33,933 nt of DNA, taken from positions 1 to 33,933 of the forward strand of contig JAUWBK010000001.1 in assembly GCA_030605045.1 (NCBI GenBank), read 5' to 3'. Of this stretch, positions 8,217-17,461 are shown piece by piece (position 1 is the stretch's first letter; each line of letters opens with the position of its first letter). The DNA comes from Dehalococcoidia bacterium. Lineage in GTDB: Bacteria; Chloroflexota; Dehalococcoidia; Dehalococcoidales; RBG-16-60-22. The notes under the pieces are model-generated. The model ran no database searches, was not told where the DNA came from, and was given only the letters and a program-made list of their open reading frames with translations. The position numbers were made by a program, and so were the translations under genes.

Positions 8217-9782
8217 ATGTCCTTAAGCAAACCGAATGCCAGTGCGGCAACGAGAACCAGAAATAGAGTATCAGCTGCACCTATCTCAGGGATGTGTGTT
8301 GCTTGCCTCGATAGCTGTCTTGGCCTATGTGAAGTAGGGCAATCTGCTTTAAGGGGTAGAGAGGCAATGTATCCACAGCCCTTTGGTAAGGTCAGTGTTG
8401 GAGCCGAAAAGGATTACCCGGTAGACTATTCTCATTTCAACATTCATGGTAGCTGTGTTGGGGCTTATGGTGTAGACGCCGACTCTGATAAAGCTACTTT
8501 CCAAGCCGTTGATGCTACGACAAAGGTTGGGCTCAAAGGTAAGGAAATAAAATTGAGGGTTCCTTTCTTCACCGGTGCCCTGGGTTCAACCGAGATAGCC
8601 CGGGTTTATTGGGAAGGAGCTGCCATAGGAGCTGCCATCTGCGGGACCATTATAATCTGCGGAGAGAATGTCTGTGGCATGGACCCTGATGCTGAAATAA
8701 AGAATGGGCGGGTCATCAAGTCTCCTGAATTAGACAGAAGGGTGAGAACCTTCCAGGATTGGTATGATGGCTACGGACTGTTGTTAGTCCAGGCAAATGT
8801 AGAGGATAGTCGCCTCGGTGTACTCGAATATGCGATAGAGAAACTTGGTGTTCAAGGAGTTGAGATAAAGTGGGGGCAAGGGGCAAAGGATATCGGTGGC
8901 GAGGTAAAGCTTCCGTCCCTAGAGAGAGCACGTCAGCTAAAGAGCAGAGGTTATCCTGTATTTCCTGACCCTGACGACCCGGTAGTTCAGGAAAGCTTTC
9001 ACATAGGAGAAATTGAAGAATTTGAGCGTCACTCACGACTGGGCATGGTAGACGAGGAATCATTCCATAGGGAGGTGGAAAGACTTCGAAGTGCAGGCGC
9101 CAAGTACGTTACCTTGAAGACAGGGGCCTATAGACCAGCCGACCTGGCTCGGGCCGTTAAGTTTTCTTCTGACACTAAAATAGACCTGCTCACCGTGGAT
9201 GGTGCCGGTGGAGGCACCGGAATGAGTCCGTGGCGGATGATGAATGAGTGGGGAATACCTACCGTGTATCTGGAGTGTCTCCTGTATGATTATCTTTCTC
9301 GGCTGGAAAAGAAAGGAGCTTATATTCCCAGTTGTGCCATTGCCGGCGGTATTGCTCTGGAGGATCAGGTATTCAAGGCTATTGCTTTAGGTGCTCCGTT
9401 TATAAAAGCAGTATGTCTCGGTCGCTCCACCCTCACTGCGGTTACCGTAGCTAAAGCCAACGCGGAAAAGCTTCGTAAGGAACATGAGAATGCAGAGCCC
9501 TACGAGAGAGCTTTGATGCAAACTTTTGTCAATGTGGCTCAGCTCAAGGCAAAATACGGAAAGGACTTTGCCCGAATTCCTCCAGCAGCGATTGGTATGT
9601 ATAACTACTATGAGCGATTAACCACCGGTCTGCAGCAACTTATGGCCGGAGCCAGGAAATTCCGCTTAGACCTAGTTAAGCGGGACGATCTTACGGCTCT
9701 CACCAGGGAGGCAGCGGAGATTTCTGGTATCCCTTACGTGATGGACGCTGACAAAGAGGAAGTGGACAAGATTTTAGCCTGA
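8217..9782 (+). CDS. glutamate synthase-related FMN-domain protein (stand-alone GltB domain-2 type)
   Basis: AAGGAGG sits 7 nt upstream of ATG 8217. N-terminal Cys cluster CVACLDSCLGLCEV. FMN-domain signature TVDGAGGGTGMSPW. 11-nt gap after hisF. Confidence 0.8.
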   Translation: MSLSKPNASAATRTRNRVSAAPISGMCVACLDSCLGLCEVGQSALRGREAMYPQPFGKVSVGAEKDYPVDYSHFNIHGSCVGAYGVDADSDKATFQAVDATTKVGLKGKEIKLRVPFFTGALGSTEIARVYWEGAAIGAAICGTIIICGENVCGMDPDAEIKNGRVIKSPELDRRVRTFQDWYDGYGLLLVQANVEDSRLGVLEYAIEKLGVQGVEIKWGQGAKDIGGEVKLPSLERARQLKSRGYPVFPDPDDPVVQESFHIGEIEEFERHSRLGMVDEESFHREVERLRSAGAKYVTLKTGAYRPADLARAVKFSSDTKIDLLTVDGAGGGTGMSPWRMMNEWGIPTVYLECLLYDYLSRLEKKGAYIPSCAIAGGIALEDQVFKAIALGAPFIKAVCLGRSTLTAVTVAKANAEKLRKEHENAEPYERALMQTFVNVAQLKAKYGKDFARIPPAAIGMYNYYERLTTGLQQLMAGARKFRLDLVKRDDLTALTREAAEISGIPYVMDADKEEVDKILA

Positions 9783-9806
9783 CCTCTAAGTACTTACGCT
9801 CAAAGA

Positions 9807-9839
9807 AAGGGCTATCCTTGATAACAGAGGATAGCCCTT
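9807..9839. terminator. bidirectional stem-loop between convergent genes
   Basis: 12-bp perfect stem AAGGGCTATCCT (9807-9818) / AGGATAGCCCTT (9828-9839) with a 9-nt loop. It lies between the gltB-like gene (+) and aor (-). Confidence 0.6.
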
Positions 9840-9882
9840 CATATTTAAGTTGTTACTCCTTCGTGGTCACGGTTACTAATAC

Positions 9883-11742
9883 TCATGGGATATCAAGCTC
9901 TGCCACTTTTTCTGGCTTTGGTATGCCGGTGCCTTCATCCCAGCCCATTAGCACATAATAGTATCTCTTAGCGTGCTCAAGTTTTGCCGGGTCGAGAGGT
10001 TTATCTACCAGAACCCCGTCAGTTTTAGGTTGGAAGAAACGCGGTGGTAATTTATCATCAGCAGCAGTAAACCCCTCTCGGAGGTTAAATAGCCTTGTCA
10101 TGGTCAAGGTTCTCTCGGCTATTCTCATTAACTCTGTGATGCTGGTATCCCATCCGGTAACTGCCGCCACGACATCATTAAGCTGCTCAAAACTATAGGG
10201 GAGGAACTGGCAGACCACCAGGGAGTCAAGTAAAATCAGCTTTTGCTGGACAAGTTTAAATAAGGCTACTTTACGGGGACCAATATCTTCGAGAGAAAAT
10301 GGCACTGGCATCCCCAGATGTTTCAGCTCTTTCACTCTCCAGTTTTCACCGATATACATTGTGTCATGCAGGTTACAGCAATGGTCAGCACCCTGAGGGT
10401 TAACCATGAAACCAAGCCCAAGTCCCGGTTTTACCCGTGGGTCATGCATGCCGGCTTCCAGACCTTTGACTTGAATGGCAAACTCTTCTGCTGCCTTGCC
10501 GATTTTTCGGGCGGCCCGGGCAGCCCCCTCAGCCAGCAGGTCACCAATGCCTTCACGCCGAGCAATCAGTTCGATGAGTTTAAGCATAGCTTCCTCATTA
10601 CCGAACCTTAGTTCGATACCATCAGTATCCTTAACACTTAACAGTCCGTTCTCAAAACATTCCATGGCGAAGGCAATGACCTCACCCGCTGAAATCGTGT
10701 CCAATGAGTAGGCATTACAGAGTTCGCTGCCCTTGGCAAGAGCTTCAAGATTATCGATGCCACAGTTTGACCCCAGTGCGGCTAAGGTTTCATACTCAGG
10801 TCCCCCATAGGCAGGGTCAACAAAGTACGGCTCTTTAACCTGAACTACTTTTTTACAGCGCACGGTGCAGGCAAAACAGGCGTCCATGCCAATCCGGATA
10901 GTATCCTTTATCGTAGGCGCACTAATCTTTTTGATTCCGGGAAACACCCCGTCACGGAAATTACGCACCGGTAGATTGCCGGCGGCTTCAAAAGCTTCCA
11001 TCGCTGCCCCGGTGCCATATTCACAGAAATCTTTGACCAGATGCAGGTTTGCTGCCATCCATTTCCTTAATTCCGTCACCGGCTGAGAGTTAGATATTGG
11101 TGGTGCCTGGTGACCCCTGACGGCGACGGCTTTCAGATTTTTGGCGCCCATTACCGCTCCCAGACCACCTCGGCCAGCCACATCAAATAGTCCGTTCATA
11201 ATGCAGGCATAACGGACCAGATTCTCTCCGGCCGGTCCGATTGCGGCCACTCGGAGCAGGTTGTCACCTAGCTCAGTTCTAATGGTTTGCTGTGTCTCTT
11301 TGATATTCTTTCCCCAGAGGTGACCGGCGTCCTTTATACCTACTTCCCCGTCATGAATCCAGAGGTAGACCGGTTTCGCCGCCTTCCCCTCAACAATAAC
11401 TACATCATAACCGGCCCGCTTGAGTTCGGCCCCCCAAAATCCACCAACTTCCGATTTGGCAATACCCTCGGTCAGCGGTGATTTAGCACCAATGCAGTTA
11501 CGGCCACTTCCCGGCAATGGAATTCCGGTCAGTGGTCCCAGAGCAAAGATTAATTTATTATCAGGACCTAAAGGGTCGGTTCCTTGACCTAATTCTTTCC
11601 ACAGGAAGTAGGTGACAAAACCAGCACCGCCCAAGTATTTTCTCAAAAATGAGTTATCAGTTGTTTCCACAGATGTACTTTTATTGGATAAATTAACTCT
11701 CAGGATTTTGCCGCTATAGCCGCCATTCGCTTGTTCTGCCAT
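9883..11742 (-). CDS. aor: tungsten-type aldehyde:ferredoxin oxidoreductase (AOR family)
   Basis: GAGAGGAGGT precedes ATG 11742. N-terminal GKILRVNLS...YLGGAGFVTYFLW. 4Fe-4S motif CFACTVRC (CxxCxxxC). 619 aa. Confidence 0.9.
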   Translation of the reverse strand: MAEQANGGYSGKILRVNLSNKSTSVETTDNSFLRKYLGGAGFVTYFLWKELGQGTDPLGPDNKLIFALGPLTGIPLPGSGRNCIGAKSPLTEGIAKSEVGGFWGAELKRAGYDVVIVEGKAAKPVYLWIHDGEVGIKDAGHLWGKNIKETQQTIRTELGDNLLRVAAIGPAGENLVRYACIMNGLFDVAGRGGLGAVMGAKNLKAVAVRGHQAPPISNSQPVTELRKWMAANLHLVKDFCEYGTGAAMEAFEAAGNLPVRNFRDGVFPGIKKISAPTIKDTIRIGMDACFACTVRCKKVVQVKEPYFVDPAYGGPEYETLAALGSNCGIDNLEALAKGSELCNAYSLDTISAGEVIAFAMECFENGLLSVKDTDGIELRFGNEEAMLKLIELIARREGIGDLLAEGAARAARKIGKAAEEFAIQVKGLEAGMHDPRVKPGLGLGFMVNPQGADHCCNLHDTMYIGENWRVKELKHLGMPVPFSLEDIGPRKVALFKLVQQKLILLDSLVVCQFLPYSFEQLNDVVAAVTGWDTSITELMRIAERTLTMTRLFNLREGFTAADDKLPPRFFQPKTDGVLVDKPLDPAKLEHAKRYYYVLMGWDEGTGIPKPEKVAELDIP

Positions 11743-11868
11743 TGACGCTTACCTCCTCTCTCTTAGTCCATAGTTTATTTTTGATACTGCTCTCACCTGA
11801 GGTGATGGTCAACGATAATAAGTCCAAGGCTAAGAGCCGAACCACTTTGTTCATGACCCGAATACCAT

Positions 11869-13056
11869 TCAAAAGCACGGGTCCTTTAGATAAATCTGAG
11901 TTGGGTTCACGTATTTGATCGTTTCCACCTTAGTCAGCGTGCCGGAAGCGATATCCAATACTGTTTGCAGGAGCTTCTCCCCTGCCTCTTCAATCGTGTC
12001 CTCACCTTCGATGACGGTGCCGGAGTAGAAATCTATACTTGTTGGCGCCATGGCCAGAGTCCTGGGGTTTGCCGTCGTCCACATGAGAGGGGCGACGACG
12101 GCGGTTGAGGTATAGAGAAGGTCGTTACCGGTCAAGCCTCCGCCCCCTAGCTGGAATATTACCAGTTGGGCCCCCGAAGCCGCGTAGCCGGCGAATATGG
12201 AGCCCATACTCATCCAGTTGTCCACAAAGTATAGCCCTTTGCCCTTTGGTCTCTCCCCGTACTTGAGAACCCCCTGTATCGGGGCTGAGCCTGACTTGTG
12301 GATGGCTCCCAAAGATTTCTCTTCCAGCGTAGAGATCCCTCCGGCTATATTGGAGGGAACGGGGTTGATGGTGCGAATGTCTTCTCCCGTGGATTTGGCG
12401 ATTTCTTCTGTCTCGGCTGCCACTTCCAGAATACGTCTAGTGACCTCACTATTTGTTCCTCGTTTAGCCAGCACATGCTCGGCACCGATTATTTCGGTGT
12501 TCTCCCCGAAGAAAGCGGTACCGTCAGCCTTGACGATGCGGTCAAAGAGGTTGCCAATAACGGGGTTGCCGGCGATACCGGAGGTTGTATCCGAAAAACC
12601 GCATTTGACACCTACTGCCAGGTGGCTTAAATCAAAGGGTTGGCGTCTGAGTCGGGAGGCCTCAAGCACCATTTCGCGAGCCAACTGTATGCCTTTCTCA
12701 ATCGCTCCGAGGGTGCTTGCCTCTTTTGACACATCTATCAGTTCAACCCGTTTTCCAGAACTAGCTATCTCGTTAGCGATCCGAGTGGACATTAGCTCCG
12801 GATATGCGGAGCCAGCACTCAGCGAATGTACAATCACCGAGGCCACGTTAGGATTTCTGCCCAGACCTATCAGAGTGCGCGCTATCGTTTCACGGTCACG
12901 GCTGGTACGCCCGCTGCCAGTATCCGCGGTCAAGATAGTCTTGGTATCTTCCACAAGGTCGCATATCTTGCTGGCGAGAAACCCTCCAGGTATTACCAGT
13001 ACGTAGTTTCGGATACCAACAGAACCGTCAGACCTTTCGTAGCCTAAAAATTTCAT
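11869..13056 (-). CDS. UxaA/GarD-family sugar-acid dehydratase, large (catalytic) subunit
   Basis: 395-aa ORF starting MKFLGYERSDGSVGIRNYVLVIP, typical of the UxaA-family C-terminal domain. Its ATG overlaps the stop of the SAF-domain gene (ATGA). Confidence 0.8.
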   Translation of the reverse strand: MKFLGYERSDGSVGIRNYVLVIPGGFLASKICDLVEDTKTILTADTGSGRTSRDRETIARTLIGLGRNPNVASVIVHSLSAGSAYPELMSTRIANEIASSGKRVELIDVSKEASTLGAIEKGIQLAREMVLEASRLRRQPFDLSHLAVGVKCGFSDTTSGIAGNPVIGNLFDRIVKADGTAFFGENTEIIGAEHVLAKRGTNSEVTRRILEVAAETEEIAKSTGEDIRTINPVPSNIAGGISTLEEKSLGAIHKSGSAPIQGVLKYGERPKGKGLYFVDNWMSMGSIFAGYAASGAQLVIFQLGGGGLTGNDLLYTSTAVVAPLMWTTANPRTLAMAPTSIDFYSGTVIEGEDTIEEAGEKLLQTVLDIASGTLTKVETIKYVNPTQIYLKDPCF

Positions 13057-13361
13057 TTGGAACCTCCTTTCGCCAAGTCACCTCTACCCCGTGCTCCTTC
13101 CAGGTTATGGATGTGGACAAGCTCGCCCTGCTTAATGTCCCGCGAGGCGATACCTATAGATTCACCGTACTTAACCACATTAGCCCCTTTAGCGATATCG
13201 CTCACGGCTATTTTGAAACCGAAGGGTATACTTTCTAATGTTTTGATTTTACTAACTTCTTTACCCAATCGGACCAGCACCTCAGCACCCGGCTTTACAT
13301 CTTCCATAATCGTAGCCACGTTATCCTCAGGCGAAAACATTAACGCTCCTCCTGAAACCAT
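13053..13361 (-). CDS. UxaA/GarD-family dehydratase, small SAF-domain subunit
   Basis: GAAGGAGG precedes ATG 13361. SAF-like PEDNVATIMEDVKPGAEV...IPFGFKIAVSDIAKGANVVKYGESIG. Translationally coupled to 11869-13056. Confidence 0.75.
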   Translation of the reverse strand: MVSGGALMFSPEDNVATIMEDVKPGAEVLVRLGKEVSKIKTLESIPFGFKIAVSDIAKGANVVKYGESIGIASRDIKQGELVHIHNLEGARGRGDLAKGGSK

Positions 13362-13450
13362 CAGGCACCTCCTTCAATTGGAAATCTCAAGTTTTCATAT
13401 CCAGCCAGCCGGGAAAAGTATACTCTATTATACTCCACCTATTTTATCAA

Positions 13451-13478
13451 TTGACAACCACATAAATTGGAATAGAAT
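13451..13478 (+). promoter_or_regulatory. sigma70-like promoter for the HEAT-repeat gene
   Basis: TTGACA 13451-13456, 16-nt spacer, TAGAAT 13473-13478. Confidence 0.45.
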
Positions 13479-13527
13479 AGAGATGTAAGCTGAAACTAGC
13501 TTTTAGCATTGGAAGGCAGAAACAAAC

Positions 13528-14049
13528 ATGAGTGAGATTTTGCTAAAGCTAAAAGGTGGTGATTTGCGCTCTATCGGCAGAGTGGAAGAAGTAGTAGCGG
13601 ATATTTTGCAAGACCCTGCCCTATTTGGCGAGGTTTTTGAGGGCATGTTAAATGACGACCCGCTAGTTAGAATGCGCAGTGCCGATGCTCTCGAGAAGGT
13701 ATCTTCAAAACATCCGGAATATCTGCAGCCATTCAAAAAGAGAGTGATAAATGAAGTCTCTCAGATAAAGCAGCAAGAAGTACGCTGGCACGTGGCTCAA
13801 ATGTTCTCATATTTGGAAGTCAGTAGAGTGGAAAGAGATGAGATGGTTAAGGTATTATTATCCTATCTTGATACCGATAAAAGTAAGATCGTCAAAGTGT
13901 TTTCCATGCAAACCTTGGCTGACCTTGCCGAGAAGGACGAATTGATTAGACCCAAAGTAGTGAGAAAAATAGAAGAGATTCTGGAGACAGGTAGCCCGGC
14001 AATAGTAAGTAGAGCAAAGAAACTGCTTCCCAGACTAAAGAAACAATAA
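13528..14049 (+). CDS. HEAT/ARM-like helical repeat protein (possibly DNA-alkylation-repair-like fold); function unknown
   Basis: 173-aa ORF rich in helical repeats, with the recurring pattern D..VR..A...L (DDPLVRMRSADALEKV; QQEVRWHVAQMFSYL; KSKIVKVFSMQTLADL). The family assignment is tentative. Confidence 0.5.
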   Translation: MSEILLKLKGGDLRSIGRVEEVVADILQDPALFGEVFEGMLNDDPLVRMRSADALEKVSSKHPEYLQPFKKRVINEVSQIKQQEVRWHVAQMFSYLEVSRVERDEMVKVLLSYLDTDKSKIVKVFSMQTLADLAEKDELIRPKVVRKIEEILETGSPAIVSRAKKLLPRLKKQ

Positions 14050-14122
14050 TTGAGGTGTAATCCGTCTGAACTTTCCCGATTTAGTGACAGGGAAGGCAAT
14101 AATCAATAACAAGGAGAGTATC

Positions 14123-15274
14123 ATGAAGATTACCAAAGTAACCCCCATTTTCTGTGACGGTGGCTGGCGGGTCTTTACTTTTGTCAAAGTGGAGACGGAC
14201 GAGGGCCTGGTGGGCTACGGGGAATGTACCGACAACCGCTCCTCATTCGGCATCGGCGGTTGTGTCCGGGACTTGGAACCGCGACTCATCGGTCAGAACC
14301 CCATGATGGTCGAAAAACTGTACTGGGAGATGTGTCAGCATTTTCTGCAGAATCCTGGAGGTATTGCCCAGAAAGCTATCGCCGGCATAGAAGTGGCACT
14401 CTGGGACATCAAGGCCAAGGCTCTTAACCTACCGCTTTACGAGCTTTTCGGTGGCCCACTTTGGGACAAGATAAGAGTCTACTGGTCTCATTGCGGCACC
14501 TACCGGGCGCGAAACCCGGAACTATTCACCGACAAACCACCCGTCAGAACTCTGGAAGATATTGCCAGGCTGGGTGAAGAGGCGGTAGAACGCGGTTACA
14601 CCGCCCTGAAGACAAACATAATAATACCAGGGGAGCGCCCCCGAATGTTCCGAGTCTTCGACCAAAACATTGACCACAGCATCTTGAAGGCAATCGATAA
14701 ATTGATTAGCACTTTCCGCAAGGCAGTTGGCGATGAGGTTGACATCAGCCTGGACCTAAACTTTAACTTCAAGACGGAAGGTTTTATTCAGGTCGCCAGG
14801 GTAGTGGAACCGTATAACCTGATGTGGCTGGAAGTGGACCTTTATGACCCAGATGCGCTCTTGCAAATCAAGCAGTCAACCAGGGTTCCAATTTGCTCAG
14901 CGGAAAATCTGTACACCATGAAAGGTTACCAGCCTTATCTAGAAAAGCATGCCATGGATTTTTGTATGATAGACCTTCCGTGGAATGGCTACAGCGAATC
15001 GCGCCGCATCGCTGCCCTAGCCGATATGTACGAAATCATGATAGCACCTCATAATTACTACAGTCACCTCTCGACCTTCATGAATGCTCACCTCTGTGCT
15101 GTAGTACCCAATGTCAAAATTATGGAGACCGATTTTGACAGCGCACCGTGGCGCGATGATATTATTACTGAACTCCCCGAAATCAAGGATGGCTACCTCA
15201 GTCTGCCGAAGAAACCCGGCATCGGGGCCGAGCTTAACGAGAAGGAGATTGCCAAGCACCCTTGGCCTAAATAA
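14123..15274 (+). CDS. enolase-superfamily dehydratase (mandelate racemase/muconate lactonizing family; galactonate/mannonate dehydratase-like)
   Basis: AAGGAGAG then ATG 14123. N-terminal capping domain MKITKVTPIF..GGWRVFTFVKVETDEGLVGYGECT, AIAGIEVALWDIKAKALNLPLYELFGG, and barrel metal-ligand region. Confidence 0.85.
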   Translation: MKITKVTPIFCDGGWRVFTFVKVETDEGLVGYGECTDNRSSFGIGGCVRDLEPRLIGQNPMMVEKLYWEMCQHFLQNPGGIAQKAIAGIEVALWDIKAKALNLPLYELFGGPLWDKIRVYWSHCGTYRARNPELFTDKPPVRTLEDIARLGEEAVERGYTALKTNIIIPGERPRMFRVFDQNIDHSILKAIDKLISTFRKAVGDEVDISLDLNFNFKTEGFIQVARVVEPYNLMWLEVDLYDPDALLQIKQSTRVPICSAENLYTMKGYQPYLEKHAMDFCMIDLPWNGYSESRRIAALADMYEIMIAPHNYYSHLSTFMNAHLCAVVPNVKIMETDFDSAPWRDDIITELPEIKDGYLSLPKKPGIGAELNEKEIAKHPWPK

Positions 15275-15356
15275 CTGCCGGTGGCGATGACGGTAAAATC
15301 CTGGGAGTAAATTACGCTGAGTAATGAAAGATAAGCGGTAAAGGAGGGTTAAGTTG

Positions 15357-16379
15357 ATGGCAAGGCAATTCAAGGTAATGCGGGTGGAAAGAAGGTTCCA
15401 GGTTCCACTTTCGTTTGCCACTATGGAGGTGGAGGCCGAGGAGCTGGCCATGGTGAATGCTGAGTTAGTGGAAGTTGTATGCGCCACCGAGGACGAGATA
15501 ATTAAAGCAGCTAAGGATGCCGATGCCTTACTGGTAATATTCGCTCCAATGACACGCCGGGTTTTAGAGGCATTGCCCAAATTGAAGGTAATCGTCCGCT
15601 ATGGCATAGGTTATGATAATGTTGATGTTGACGCCGCTACCGATAACGGCGTTCTTCTGGTTAATATCCCTGATTTCTGCCTGGAGGAGGTCGCCAACCA
15701 TACTATCGCCCTGCTGCTTGCCTTGAGCGGGGAACTGTTTTCAATAAATGAAGGCATGAAGCAAGGCCGCTGGGCTGAGTCTCAACTAATTCGGGCAACG
15801 ATTGGGGCACCTTATGAGCAAACCCTGGGGCTGATAGGTTGCGGCAAGATTGGGCGCATGACGGCTAAAAAGGCACAGTGCTTTGGTTTCAGGATACTGG
15901 GCTATGACCCTTATGTCGATAAATCACTGGCCAAGGAGCATGGCATAACCCTGGTGGGTTTGCCTGAGCTACTTAAAGAGTCGGACTTTGTTTCTGTGCA
16001 CACTCTCTTAAACAAGGAAACCTGGCACCTAATCGGGGAAAAAGAATTCAAACAAATGAAACCCACCGCTTATTTTATCAACACGTCGCGAGGTGCCGTA
16101 GTCGATGAGGCGGCGCTGATTAAGGCACTGCAGGAAAAATGGATCGCTGGCGCCGGGCTGGATGTCTTCGAACAGGAACCTGTTGCTCCAGATAATCCGT
16201 TACTCAAGATGGACAATGTTATAGTCAGTCCCCACTGCTGTAGTCATACGGTTGCCTCTATTAAGCGGCTAAAGACAAGCGTGGGGCAGGAGGCAGCTAG
16301 AGTGCTCATTGGAAGATGGCCTAAGAATGTGGTCAATAAAACAGTAAAACCTAAAATTAATTTAGTCAAGGAGGAATAA
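15357..16379 (+). CDS. D-isomer-specific 2-hydroxyacid dehydrogenase (NAD-binding)
   Basis: AAGGAGGG then ATG 15357. GIGYDNVDVDAAT..G, Rossmann motif GLIGCGKIGR, INTSRG..VDE, and a C-terminal SPH. Confidence 0.85.
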   Translation: MARQFKVMRVERRFQVPLSFATMEVEAEELAMVNAELVEVVCATEDEIIKAAKDADALLVIFAPMTRRVLEALPKLKVIVRYGIGYDNVDVDAATDNGVLLVNIPDFCLEEVANHTIALLLALSGELFSINEGMKQGRWAESQLIRATIGAPYEQTLGLIGCGKIGRMTAKKAQCFGFRILGYDPYVDKSLAKEHGITLVGLPELLKESDFVSVHTLLNKETWHLIGEKEFKQMKPTAYFINTSRGAVVDEAALIKALQEKWIAGAGLDVFEQEPVAPDNPLLKMDNVIVSPHCCSHTVASIKRLKTSVGQEAARVLIGRWPKNVVNKTVKPKINLVKEE

Positions 16380-16380
16380 T

Positions 16381-17427
16381 ATGAGCTGGAAAGCCAGAGT
16401 TGGATTTACCAGGGACTACTTGGATAAAGAGGGGAATTTTGTTATACCCGGTCCGGGGTTAAAGTTACTGGAGGAGATGCCTAATACGGAACACGAGATA
16501 TTTCCAGAGATTGTACCAGAGGCCACCCCGCAACTTATCGAGGGTTTCGATATAGTCATTACCCGTACTTTTACCAGATGGACAGAAAAGAGTTTCATCG
16601 GTAACAATCAGCTCCTTTCCCTCCATCGCAATGGCGTGGGTTACGACCGGATTGATGTTCCTGCTCTGACCAATGCCGGAGTGATGTTGTGTATTACCCC
16701 GGCCGCGGTTCGTCGCCCGGTGGCCGTCGCCATCATGACCTTTATTCTTGCCTTAAGCACGCGACTCCTCACCAAGCACCAATTGACTCGTGAGGGACAG
16801 TGGAGTGAAGTAACTAAACACCATGGTTACGGCTTAATTGGGAAGACATTGGGGTCGATAGGTGTTGGTAATATCGGTCATGAGATGTTTATGCTGGCCA
16901 AGCCCTTTGGCATGAGGCACATTGCCTATGACCCCTATATAACTCAAGAAGCCGTAGACGATGTTGAGGTGAAGATGGTGGACATGGATACCGTGCTGAC
17001 CGAATCAGACTTCCTCAGTATTAGCTGCCCGTTGAACGAAACTACTCGTCATTTGATTGGCGAAAAAGAACTGCGTAAGATGAAGCAAACAGCCTTCCTG
17101 ATAAATACGGCACGTGGGCCGATTGTTGATGAAGCGGTACTGACCAAGGCTCTCAAAGAAGGGTGGATCCGAGGGGCAGGAATAGACGTCTTTGAGCAAG
17201 AGCCGACGCCACCGGATAACCCTCTACTTAAACTGGACAATGTCATCGTCACCGCCCACGCTATGACGTTTACGGATGAATTTCTGACCAGTGTGTGGGA
17301 AATAATTGCTAAGCAGGTATCTCAGATTATGCACGGAGAAGTTCCAGAGGGACTGGTCAACCGGGAAGTTTGGGATAAGCCGGAATTTCAAGCTAAGCTG
17401 AAGAAATTTCAAGAAGCGATTAAGTGA
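16381..17427 (+). CDS. D-isomer-specific 2-hydroxyacid dehydrogenase, second tandem paralogue
   Basis: ATG lies 1 nt after the upstream TAA, with AAGGAGGA inside the upstream gene's end. GVGYDRIDVPALT, GSIGVGNIGH, INTARGPIVDE, TAH. Confidence 0.85.
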   Translation: MSWKARVGFTRDYLDKEGNFVIPGPGLKLLEEMPNTEHEIFPEIVPEATPQLIEGFDIVITRTFTRWTEKSFIGNNQLLSLHRNGVGYDRIDVPALTNAGVMLCITPAAVRRPVAVAIMTFILALSTRLLTKHQLTREGQWSEVTKHHGYGLIGKTLGSIGVGNIGHEMFMLAKPFGMRHIAYDPYITQEAVDDVEVKMVDMDTVLTESDFLSISCPLNETTRHLIGEKELRKMKQTAFLINTARGPIVDEAVLTKALKEGWIRGAGIDVFEQEPTPPDNPLLKLDNVIVTAHAMTFTDEFLTSVWEIIAKQVSQIMHGEVPEGLVNREVWDKPEFQAKLKKFQEAIK

Positions 17428-17461
17428 ATTAACCGGGACAGGGAGAAGGAAGGAGACTGAA

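Noticed and set aside
12197-13006. 269-aa plus-strand ORF (and the 110-aa and 73-aa ORFs nearby) overlapping the UxaA-family gene
   Set aside because: It is antisense to a gene with clear family motifs. The product is Ser/Pro/Ala-rich low-complexity sequence with no start context. This is a typical shadow ORF.
15017-15580. 187-aa minus-strand ORF spanning the enolase/dehydrogenase junction, and the 159-aa minus ORF at 17224-17703
   Set aside because: They overlap two well-supported plus-strand genes and their intergenic SD regions. No motifs are present.
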